NCBI RefSeq assembly: GCF_026210795.1 | Contig: NC_089433.1 | Span: 806,001 to 870,000 of the forward strand | Direction: 5' to 3' | DNA length: 64,000 nt | DNA from: Rhizophagus irregularis | Lineage: Eukaryota | Shown here: positions 11,569-22,346 of the stretch, one piece after another | Numbering within the stretch: position 1 is the first letter of the stretch | Layout of the letters: every line of letters starts with the position of its first letter | Position numbers and translations under genes: made by a program | The notes under the pieces: model-generated | What the model was told of the DNA's origin: nothing | The model's database searches: none | The model's input: the letters and a program-made list of their open reading frames with translations, nothing else

Positions 11569-13163
11569 CTACGCCAAAATGTTCCGGTTATAACAAGAAT
11601 TATGAAATTCATCGATCTGGATCATCACCTCCGTTTTCGTCAACTTTCGAATATTCTTTTAGTACAAAGAAAATAAACCCATACGAGGTTAGAGACACAC
11701 GTGGAAGTGGCACTCTGTATAACACTAAAAAAGGAAGATATTTCCTTATCGAGTTAGATAATTCCTCACATGTAGATCTTAGAAAGAAAAATTTTTTCAA
11801 CGTCTGCACCAATGACATTCAACTGTCTGATGATCATCATAGGATCTTCAATTCAAACTGCAAAAAGCTCAATCTGAATTACCTTATAGGGACATATCTG
11901 ACCTTTGTCTTTACTTTAAACAAACAATTCTCTCCTGCTATTGTAGATAAATATTTTCATCATTTACGCCAACTGCTATTAGACAAAATATTGGCAGTTA
12001 AAAATAGAACTTCTTCCATATCAAATAAAAATAGACAAACAAAGACCTTTATTCGATTTTCTTCCGGGCCCCACGTGATTTACCTGGGGTACTACTTTGC
12101 CTGCGGATTTACAGAAAATAATAAATGTTGTCAACAACCAGCTGCTGTCGTACTTTCACACAATCGACTAAACTGTAATAAACATCTCCCTAAATTCATA
12201 ATACATGGGAGATTTCGAACTGGTATTTTACCTCAAAACCCTAGTTTTCTTGCCCATAATCGATATCAGACTCATAATCACGCAAAAGAAGTTCATTCAA
12301 CACGACTTGGTATCTCATATAACGTTATCACTCGAAGATACAATGAATGGAGAGGAAAACAAGATTTTTATCTTAAAAATGTTATGGAACCACTATCTAC
12401 TAAAACGAAGAAAGGTGTGAACACCACGCGCACGTTCTACAAAGAATATTATAACTTTGAGCTTGACGCTAACCGTACACAACAACAAATCAAGCGGTGG
12501 AATCGCCTAAAATTTTCGAACTTTAAAGCGGAAAGATCCTTGGGTCAAGTCAGACCCTTCCTAATCAATGAACACTCACATGTGTACAAAAAAATTCAAC
12601 ATGCAGTTGAACGTTTTCCTCCATATAGTAGAAAAAGCAAATTGGAAATTGAAAGCGATAAGATTATTCGCAAAAGGACCAAAAATTGGAAACGCCGTAC
12701 CAAAATGCGAAACAAGAAAAGGAAACCTTTACCTCCTTTACCCGATAATTTTACTGGGAAAGCCATATCCTATTACTTTAATACACATAATATTAATCTC
12801 GCTGCGTATAAAGTGCGACGACGCTATAATTTATCCGGCATCCCTGATTATAAATTTGGTTACCTTAAAGCGGTTAGACGTTATGGCAAATATCAAAATC
12901 GTTTACGTTCACCCCCACCTCCAATAGTTGAGGACAAGACCATTGATACTAATACTCAACCTGAAGCTACTTTTTTTTCAGATAAACTTACTTTGAATTC
13001 TCATAAAGCACATTTTGCTCGTACTACTCCTACTGGACATCAATATCCGTCTACGCCCGAACCTGATCCTCTCAAATCGATCAAAGATGGTGATGAAAGA
13101 CCCATCAGGAAACCAAGAAAACGAAGAATTATACTTCCGCCCACACCTGGGCATGACCAATAA
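11565..13163 (+). CDS. Retroposon ORF-B: basic protein of unknown function, 532 aa, possible Cys/His zinc site
   Basis: 1.6 kb with no stop in AT-rich DNA. K/R-rich C-terminal half and a C-x7-CC-x14-C-x2-H cluster. The frame is open from 11526, so it may be the frameshifted continuation of ORF-A. No RT, integrase or endonuclease motifs seen. Confidence 0.7.
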   Translation: MTTPKCSGYNKNYEIHRSGSSPPFSSTFEYSFSTKKINPYEVRDTRGSGTLYNTKKGRYFLIELDNSSHVDLRKKNFFNVCTNDIQLSDDHHRIFNSNCKKLNLNYLIGTYLTFVFTLNKQFSPAIVDKYFHHLRQLLLDKILAVKNRTSSISNKNRQTKTFIRFSSGPHVIYLGYYFACGFTENNKCCQQPAAVVLSHNRLNCNKHLPKFIIHGRFRTGILPQNPSFLAHNRYQTHNHAKEVHSTRLGISYNVITRRYNEWRGKQDFYLKNVMEPLSTKTKKGVNTTRTFYKEYYNFELDANRTQQQIKRWNRLKFSNFKAERSLGQVRPFLINEHSHVYKKIQHAVERFPPYSRKSKLEIESDKIIRKRTKNWKRRTKMRNKKRKPLPPLPDNFTGKAISYYFNTHNINLAAYKVRRRYNLSGIPDYKFGYLKAVRRYGKYQNRLRSPPPPIVEDKTIDTNTQPEATFFSDKLTLNSHKAHFARTTPTGHQYPSTPEPDPLKSIKDGDERPIRKPRKRRIILPPTPGHDQ

Positions 13164-13744
13164 TTGGAATATTTTTCCTCATTAGTTTATTTAGTTTCTA
13201 CTTTTATTTTTTACTATATGTAAAACAATTATGGACCTATGTAACGTATATTATTTTGTATATGACAGTATTTACATACAATAGCTAGTTTTAGTTAAAA
13301 GAAAAATACGGATGATAGATTTGAACTCCCTTTTTAGTTTTGTTCGTCCTTGATGTCATTGGGTTCATTGGTTCCTTTCTGGTAGGGGAGGGGATCATTC
13401 TGGCTCGTTGGATTTAAAGAAGTTCGGTCCGTCTTCGGGGGGATGATAGCTAGAAGTAGGATAGCACGGTTACGTTTATGTCCTGTTAATAGTCTGTCCG
13501 TCTTCACATAAAATAAATAAATAAATAAATATTTAGCCGCTGCAAATCAATTAGAAGTTTAAAAAAGATCGTACGGTAAATACTTTTTTTTAAACTTTTT
13601 TTTTAAAACTTCCTTCCATTCCTTCTTTCCCTTTTTCCTTTTTCCTCTTTCCCTCTTATTCCCTTGCTCATTCCCTTTCTCTCACTTCCTTTCCTCATTC
13701 TTCTCCGCCCTTCCCCTCGGTTCTCTTCTCTTGCCCGACTTAGA

Positions 13745-14915
13745 TTTCGGTAGGAGTTAGATCTTTTCAAATTTACTTTTAACAAAACGCTTTACTAATA
13801 TTTCTATCCTTATTTCCGGCTCTTTGGACACGCAGAATTTCGGTAAGAAAATCTGAATTTTTTTTAATTTAATATAAGCGAAACGTTTTACTAACGTTTC
13901 AATTTAAAATTTTTTTTAGATGACCAGGTCCTTTTGGTGCATAGAATTTCGGTAGAGGATTCTGGAAATATATTTTCTTAGCGATTGGACGCGTACTTAT
14001 AACAACGAAACTTTTATTAACGATTTCGTTTTTATTATTTTTTAGGCGCGCGAATTTCGGTAAGGAAAGGTTTTTTTTCTCATTATTATTTAATGAAACG
14101 TTTTACTAAGTTTCAACTCTTCTCTTTTTTTAGGACAAGTTCTGATTTTAAAGCAACGGGATATTGGGTAAGTTTTTGAAAATATTTTTTGAAAACTAAA
14201 CTTTATTATTTTAATGAACTTTACTAACAGTTCATTTTTTTTATTTTGTAGGTGGCCGTTTAACAAAATGTTTCGATGATTTTGATTTTCTTTTGTAGAC
14301 AGACGTCTGGACGCATGAAAAGTTTAGTAGGAAGTTTTTTAATTAATTTATTATCTTTAACGAAACGTTACTAACGTTTCATTATTTTCTTTTTTTTAGA
14401 TGACTAAGACCTTGGACATGTAAATTTTGGTAACGGATCCAGAAAAAATTTTTATTTAAATTTATTCTATCGAAACGTTTACTAATGTTTCGATTTACTC
14501 TCTTTTTATATATATATATATATTTAAACGATTAGGATGTAGATTTTTGGTTTCCGGATACGCGGGAATTGGTAAGGGTTTATTTATTGTTTTTTTTTAT
14601 TTTATTCTAATGAATTATTACTAAATGTTTGTTATTTTTTCTTTTTTTAGGTGGTAAAGAATTTGTTATGCAAAAATATTATCTGTATAAATAACGAAAA
14701 TATTTATAAACTCAAATTATACCTCGTACTTCAAGAAAGTTTGTAAGCAAAGTAGATTTAGCAAAGGCGTGTCTCTAATTTAAACAGCCTGGACGTAAGT
14801 TTTTTTTATACAGAAATCAGGAAATTTTAATTTAACGAAACTTTTACTAATAAAGTTTCGTTTTCTTCCTTTTTAGACGGCTGTTTTTGGATAATTGGAT
14901 GCGTAGGACTTCAAA
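13745..14915 (+). repeat. Tandem micro-exon/intron array 1 (~9-10 units of ~100-130 bp)
   Basis: Repeating unit: TTTTAG | exon of ~14-35 nt like (G)GACGCR..AATTTCG | GTAAG/GTAGG ... GAAACGTT-TACTAAC-GTTTC ... poly-T AG. Confidence 0.8.
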
Positions 14916-14977
14916 CGTGGAATTAGCTCGGATTCCATATAATGACGGCAGAAGACATGGTCCATATGAATCACATC

Positions 14978-15295
14978 ATTTACTACGACACCAGGGAATC
15001 AAAAAAACTATTGGTTATGGTCATATTTGTCATGTATTTAGCTAGATTTGAAAAATACGTTGAGTCACTCACTCGGATTAAACTAAATCCTGATCAGTTC
15101 TCTGCCTTGTGATCATTTAGCTTCAACCTTGGCTGTGGTACTTATCAAAATCCACGTTGGTAGGAAGCTTAAGTCTGGAGACACCAAAGGTGTTTCCTTG
15201 GAGTTTGGGAAATGGTTTTATGGTGGTGGCAAAAAATTGCCCGGTTTTGTGAGACGCCGTAATGCCAAAAGGGATTTGTTTTGCAAGGGACATAA
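14978..15295 (+). pseudogene. GH24 (phage-type) lysozyme pseudogene
   Basis: Fragments YYD..GIKKTIGYGHIC, FEKYVESLTRIKLNPDQFSAL*SFSFNLGCG and KLKSGDTKGVSLEFGKWFYGGGKKLPGFVRRRNAKRDLFC; internal deletion, stop and frameshifts. Confidence 0.85.
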
Positions 15296-15379
15296 TAAAT
15301 TATTTATTGATCAAACCAATAAATTTTTCACTTATTACTGCTTAGTTATTTGGCAACTATATTAAAATAATATGCTACG

Positions 15380-16511
15380 TAATATTTGCAATTGAATTTT
15401 CCCAAGTGGTTTATAAGTTTCAAGGAATTTGTTAAACAGAAGATATAGAAATGTGTATTTTGCGACACAATAATATCAAATAATATTATTGGTATAGCCT
15501 GTACTATTTAATTTTACATGGATAAACATTTTATCAATTCTTTAACGAGATATTATATATTTAATTTATCCTTCGTTAATAAATAACTATAAAAGAAGTG
15601 TTAAAGATCTCATTTTAATATATGTTCCCAAATTTTATTTTCTTTCATTTATAGATCATCAATTAGTGAAATCAAAGATTTTTCTGATAGGAAGCGAGAA
15701 GATTTAAATACTTTAAGCGATTTAGTCGGATTTACTACAAAATCCTGACGACATTCATTATCTTGACACATTTTTTTTAAATTTTATTTTGTTAGACGTA
15801 ATAATAATTATATCGCAAAAATTAAACTTTAACAAAAATCGTAAAATATAATATGTTTTAAAAATTAATTGTTTAAATAATACATTGCGATAATCAAGTA
15901 ATAATTAATAATGTAATATTTTTTTATTAATATGCAAAGTTTTTAAAATACTCTTCAGAAATTAATGTTTTTATTTTAATAATTAATATCTTTATTATTA
16001 ATATTTTTTAATAATTATAATAATACATCGCTAACAATTAATATTCTTTTTATTAATATGCAATGATAATTTTTTTCATTTTTTTTTTTAGAACATCTCT
16101 CGATCTTTATAATACACAATACACTTATGTTGTCACGTGAAAGGTAAAATAACCAAATGGCGATAATAGATCTGGTTGATTTTCTTAAAATTTTCAAATT
16201 CTGAAAAACGCCTCTTCCAAAAATTGTAGTCTCCAGAAATTAACATAATTAAATGAAAATTGGTTGAATAAGTTTCTATATAAATTTCGATCCCTTGTTT
16301 TTCAAAATATCTCTTGAATCTTTTGAAGTATTACATCAAATAATCTATCCCCTGCTCTTTTGGTTAAAACAATTCGTCCAGGAATTTTCCATAATATTGG
16401 TACAGTTGCCTCACACTAAGTTCTGTCAACTAAAAGACATGAATGTGATACCATGTCATCCTGCAAATTTTCCGCTATTAAGAAAAATACGTCTTTGTTT
16501 AGATTCAACAT
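15380..16511 (-). pseudogene. F-box/LRR-like protein pseudogene
   Basis: From ATG at 16511: MLNLNKDVFFLIAENLQDDMVSHSCLLVDRT*CEATVPILWKIPG (F-box-like, conserved Trp replaced by TAG), then frameshifted FNYVNFWR. The 3' limit is approximate. Confidence 0.75.
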
Positions 16512-17199
16512 TGAGAGAAATTTTTGTCGAATGGTGCGATGTGTGTATAAAATACAACTATTATTAATAATACTATATTTAACTAATTAATTTGTCACTG
16601 TTAAATGTGAAAGGTATACGTGTTTAATAAAGATAGAACCACTTCAAAATTTGTAATTCTGACAATCTGGCCTAAATTATATGTATTTTTTCCCTTGAAA
16701 ACTGGGGAGTTATGTTAACGAATAATTGAGCTGAAGTTGCTAATTTAGAAAATCCAAATGTTATTTTTAAAATATGAAAAAGAATAATTTGTCGTCGACG
16801 CTTTCTATATATATTTCTGAAATTAAAATTTAAAACCCATTCAAACCTTCATAACGATACTAATGAAATATTTTAAATTTTCTAATTGCTACTTCTCATC
16901 CGATCTCAGAACAGGAATTGACAATTATTTCTAGCATACAATGCAGGCGATGCAGGTTTAAGATGTCTAATATTTAATAAGCATTTTTACATGAAAAGCA
17001 CCATAGCGTAATTAGCGTATATTAATTTCAACATTTATACCTCTTAAAATTTCAGATGGAACACTGTCATTGAGTTTTTAGGTTTTTTTAATTTAATGAA
17101 TAATTCTCTAAATTTAAAGCATTCCAATTATTGTCTGGAGCGAAGCGAAGGACAATATATGTCTACACACTATGAGAAAAAAATCGATCACATGAATTT

Positions 17200-20100
17200 C
17201 TTTGCTAACAACTAAAATTTTACGTAATGTATTGTACGATACTTGTACAAGTATTGTACAATATATTTAAATTCTATAATGAATTGTACAATAGTTTTGG
17301 ATTATAAATTGTCAAGTATATATTAATACACAAGCACTTGTAATTTATATAGCCACAATTATATTTTAATAAATCATCTTACGATTTTAAACAATTTTTT
17401 TTACTTATACATTACACAATATATATTACAATGGGTTGTTATACATATAACCATATAACTACTATGTTGTTATTTTTCATTGACAGCTAATAGTAAGTAT
17501 TTTAACCTGATTAACCACGCACTTTAAGATGATGAATTACTTCTCCTTAATTTGGCTCATTAAGGAGGTTCCTAACATAATGTTAGTGTTTCATTCACTT
17601 ATCCGCTGGCGGTCAGACTAAAATATTCCTTACTAATAACTTTTTGCGCACTCTTTCTTACTTTTCACACCTATAGTATAAAATTTTTTAATATAATGTT
17701 TGATTCATAATTAAATACAAATTTTTATGCACAACATGCAGTAAATACCTCTGATTTTTCAAGTATTAAATTATATTACACCGTGAATTACATCATGAAT
17801 TACATAGAAAACTGAATACGAGTTACTTCAATGTCTTCTGCCAAATCCTCCACGTCCATGTCCATAAATATATCCACATTCATGTTCGTGTTCGTGTCCA
17901 CGTCCATTTCTATAGCTTGTAGAAGCTTCCAGTGCATTAAAATTTATTTCATTGGTGAAATTGGTTTGATTATAGTGAGGAAGTATGAGATCATGTGTGA
18001 TATAATCAAGTGTCTTGACCTCATTTAAAGCTGAAGCATTTGTAAGAAGTGGTTCATCTACACATTTTAAAATGTTGGTCATACAGTTCTTTTATACGTA
18101 TAGTATTCTGAATTTTTATTATGTGATGCAGGATCACCAGTAGAAATGATATTGTTAAATGAAGTACTGCGAGATTGTGATTCAGATAATCCATCTCTTA
18201 AGTTAATATTAGGTTTGTAATACAAAAGGCGTTTTCTGATTTATCAGTTACATTTGAATTTGACTTTTTGATAGGTGATTTGTCCGATTCCTCAAGAGAT
18301 TCATTATTAAAAGAGGTACTGTTATGAGGAGTACTAATATCCATAATAAATTCATCAAGAGGTGGATCATCAAGTAGATCATTGCGTGCATTATCTGCAT
18401 CATCAAAACTTTCACCAGACAGGTTGGACGAATTTCCTTTTTTTTTCCTGCTCAGGTTATTAAAGTTAGATCATCATATAAAATCATGGAAAAGAAATTA
18501 ATAAATTAATATCTTACTGGATTCCTCAATAGTACTGTTTGATATTCTTTGACGTTCATGCATAGTTTTATTTTTACTCGTAGTATTGTTTGTTTTATTA
18601 CTGTTGTATGATTTTGAATGAGTTATTCTTACCATTGTTAGAAAACAAATGCAAAGTTGTAAAAATAGGGAGTAAAAAAAAAAAATAAAATAAAATAATT
18701 TTTTAACAAGGCGAATTTTAATAGACTTTATAAATAAAATTATTAAACTAATTTAGACTATTTTCATACCGCAGTCACTTTAACAACCAATTTTTATTAA
18801 TAATATATATAATTGTTAATAAATATAATTAATAAGATCTGTGTGATGTGACCTGCATGATATATTTTATGTAAGATGATGCCAACTGATACTAGTTACT
18901 TTAATTTGTATTTATTTATTTCATATATTATATCATTGCATATTCGTAAAAAAAAGTAAAAAAAAAAAAATAAATAATTATTTCTACACTATTTTCTATT
19001 TTTTTTCAGTTTGCGGATCTTTTTTTTAAGCTTTTTTAACTTCTTTTTATTCATTTTAACGAAGCTTATCTATTAATTGGTTATATTTTATTTTTTCAGC
19101 AAAAATTTTCCCTTTTCTTTTTTTCCATTTCTCTTATTTCTATTTCTCTATTTCCTTATTATTTCCTATTTTCCTCCCACTTGTACTTGATTTAAAAAAA
19201 GGTTGAAAAGCACATCATGCAAGATAATGAAATGTTTCTATGTTTTGATTTTTTTTTTACAGTTTCTGGATGCGACATTTTGGTAAGTTTGTCAAGATTT
19301 ATTTTTTTGTTTTATTTTAATGAATGATTTTTAATGGCTTGTTTCTTAATTTTTTTAGATGGTTTGGTTCTATGGATACTTAAACATATAGGAATATGGT
19401 AGGAAGATTTTTTCATAATTATTTATTTTACAATACAAAATGCTTCTATCTATTTTTATTTTTTTCTAGACGGCCAGGCCTTTGAACGCATGAAATTTTA
19501 GTAGGAGGACTTAAATTTTTTTTTAGTTGAGGTCTTTGGGACGCATAGTAGTAAAATCAGAAAATATTCTTTTTTAACATTTTGATTTTACTCTTTTTTT
19601 AGACACGTAGCATTTGGTAGGAGATTACAAGAATTATTTATTTTAAATTTATTTCTTTAAATGAGACATTTCTAACATTTCAATTTTTTTTCATTTTGTA
19701 GAGGCCGGTTCTTAAGTTATTTGAACACGTGAAAAATTCGATATGAAGAGTTCTATTCTTTAAGTAATTAATTCTTTTAACGAAATGTTTCTAGCATTTC
19801 AATTTTTTCATTTTTGTAGATGATCAATTCTTTAAGGTACTTGGATGCATGAAAAATTCTATGAGGAGATTTTTATTTTTATTTTTTTAACAAAATGATC
19901 AATAATATTTCATTTATTTTGTTTTGCAGATGATTGGTTTCTTGGAATACTCGGATATGTGAAAAAGTCAGTAAGGGAATTGATATAAATAACTCTTTCA
20001 AATGAAATAATTCTAACGTTTTACTTTTTCCTTCTTTTTGTAGACGACCAGTCTTCTGGTATCTGAACGCGTGAGAATTCGGTAAGGAGAACTGAGGGGA

Positions 20101-21909
20101 TTTTTTTTCTCACTTTAAATCAAATAATGAAATGTTTACTGCTGACAGGTTGTTTTTTTTAGTTAATATCAGCATATTTCACATGTATCATGTGATTAAA
20201 ATTAATAAATATGATGAACAACTTTTTTTTTTAACTTTTACCACTGTACCTTTAATTTCAAATCCTTTATCATTTTATCCTATTTCATTTCCTTTTCTCT
20301 TATCCTTTCCTTTGTCCTTTCTTTCCCTCTTCCTGTCCTTTTTTCCTGTACTTTCCATTTAAATATTCTTTATATTTAAGTGGTTCTCTCAATCTTTCTG
20401 ACACTACATTTCAGTAAGTTCATATTTTTTTTTTCTTTAATTGTTTTTATTGAATAGTTTCTTAGTTCTTTTTTTCTTTTTTTTTTTAGACAACTAGGTA
20501 TGCAGTCTTTGGTCTTTAGGCTAATTCATAGGATTTTGGTAGGAATTTTATTTTTCTTTTAAATTATTCTTTTAACGAAACATTTACTAACATTTCGATT
20601 TTTACTTTTTTTAGGTGGATTTCTTTAGGACTTGATATTTCCCTACAAGCTCTTTCTTTCTTAACAAAGGTTTAGCAATTAAACATGTGTTTAAAAATTT
20701 AGAGTATGTTAAAAATATTGATAACAAGATATTATTTTATGGTTTTGTATGTATTTTTATTGAAGTTATAAAAAAAAATGATATTCCATTTTTTTTAGTA
20801 CTGAATTATTTTTATTGAAACATAATACTGACATTTTGATTTCCTTTTTTTAGATGGCTTAATTCTTGGACACGTGGGAATTTGGTAGAAAATGATTATT
20901 TTTTAATTATTTTTTTAACAAAACGTTTGCTAACATTTTGTTTTTTCTCTTTTTTAGATGGCTTCTTCTTTGGATATCTTTAGAGATGCAGATTACAGTG
21001 TGTTTAATTTTAATGAAATGCTAACCTATTAATGAGATAGATCTTTAGTTCTTTGAATGTTTAGATGCAGAATTTTGGTAAGATATATTTTTTTTTACTA
21101 AGTTATTTACTTTAACAAACAAATACTAACTTTTTTTTTTCTTTTTTTTAGACAATTGGCTCCTTTAGACGCGAACTTTGTAAGTTATTCAACTTTTTTC
21201 TTCAAATTTTTTCTTTTAGCGAATAGTCACTAACATTCATCATCTTTCCTTTTCAGTTGGTTGGCTTGAACGCATGGAAAATTTGGTGAGACTCTGTTCT
21301 AATTATGCATTTCAATGAAATATTTTACAACATTTCAATTTACTCTTTTTTTTAGATGATCCAGGTCTCTAAATGTTTGGGGATTTGGGATTTGGGGATT
21401 TGGGTTAAAATCATAGGCTTTCCCACCAGCTGGCAAGGTGTATGAAATTTCTTTAATTCACAAAGAAAGCCTTGCTAAAGTCATCTTTAGCATACGTCTA
21501 GTAATACATTGCCTTAATTGAGCGTGGCTACGAGAGTTTATGATTCTTAAATTGCCTTATTCCTATTCATTACACACATATATATCTTATAATTAATTAC
21601 ACAATTTATTTTTATTATTTAAATTTACAATACATGTATAACAAATCGTTTTATAATAAATTTTTAATATTTATCTTACGATCTATTTACAATTTCCATT
21701 TTATAATTAATTTTACAACGGTTTGCCACTATATATTTTTGTAATCAATCTTACTACATATCAATAAGTTAATATCAAAATTTGTAATAGAAGCATATTG
21801 TACGATGTCCCTACAAACCCAATAACAAGTATCTTATCATGGTTTGTACACAATTTATTGTGACAATAATTTTACAATACATTTATAAAATTTTAGGTTG
21901 TTAGCAAAG
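17200..21909. mobile_element. 4.7-kb non-autonomous TIR element carrying micro-exon array 2
   Basis: TIRs CTTTGCTAACAACTAAAATTTTACGTAATGTATTGTA / TACAATACATTTATAAAATTTTAGGTTGTTAGCAAAG. TT flanks both ends. Subterminal TTGTACAA-type motifs. Decayed minus-strand coding relic at ~17530-18650. Confidence 0.8.
19245..21405 (+). repeat. Tandem micro-exon/intron array 2 (~17-18 units), more diverged than array 1
   Basis: Examples: TAG|ACGGCCAGGCCTTTGAACGCATGAAATTTTA|GTAGGA; TAG|ACGACCAGTCTTCTGGTATCTGAACGCGTGAGAATTCG|GTAAGG; TAG|ATGGCTTAATTCTTGGACACGTGGGAATTTG|GTAGAA; branch hairpin such as CGAAACATTTACTAACATTTCG. Confidence 0.8.
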
Positions 21910-22346
21910 TTCTCTGTCCGCCACGTGATCGTCGCCCAATGAAATCACAAATTTTAGTTTTTCGCTCCAGACTTACAACGGTTCCCGTTCCCTAGTAAAA
22001 TTCCTTGAATTATGGGATACTGTTGGCGCTCTTGGTTTACCCGGTTATGCAATTGAAGGTTTTAGATGAATTAATAGTATTATGGTAATTACTAAAGTTC
22101 ACAAATCTCTTAATAGGCACCTAATTAATGCTTAAATATCAGATAGTATTTGCATGTTTAATTAATGATTCTTTAAGAAGTTTGTTAATCATTCGCTTAA
22201 ATTTTATCTTTGTATGTCAATTAATACTATAAATCTTTTTTAATTAATTCAATATAATTACAAGATTCGGCTTTTAAATGCAACATTTATTAAGCCCCTA
22301 ACCCAATTGCCTTACAAAGTATCACGATATTCATCTCAGATATATA

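Larger units (their letters stand above)
10911..13531 (+). mobile_element. Retroposed, RT-less insertion with an 18-bp target-site duplication and a (TAAA)n tail
   Basis: TTTAGCCGCTGCAAATCA at 10893-10910 and again at 13532-13549. The tail TAAAATAAATAAATAAATAAATA lies immediately before the second copy. Confidence 0.88.
10588..14930. mobile_element. Left part of a TIR element of the same family as 17200-21909; hosts the retroposon and micro-exon array 1
   Basis: Starts TTTGCTAACAACCCAAAATTTT...ATTGTACAAT, matching the TIR at 17200 and 21909. No right TIR was found, so the end is approximate. Confidence 0.55.
17133..21972. mobile_element. Small MITE (~130 bp net) split by the 17200-21909 element
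   Basis: Perfect 12-bp inverted repeat GTCTGGAGCGAA (17133-17144) / TTCGCTCCAGAC (21961-21972), placed symmetrically outside the inner TIRs. Confidence 0.6.

Noticed and set aside
13745..21405. Reading the hairpin-containing periodic arrays as CRISPR arrays
   Set aside because: Repeats are degenerate, the 'spacers' are homologous to each other and bounded by spliceosomal signals, no cas genes are present, and the context is eukaryotic.
21377..21410. Interstitial telomere repeat
   Set aside because: The unit is GGG(G)ATTT, not TTAGGG, and there are only about four copies.
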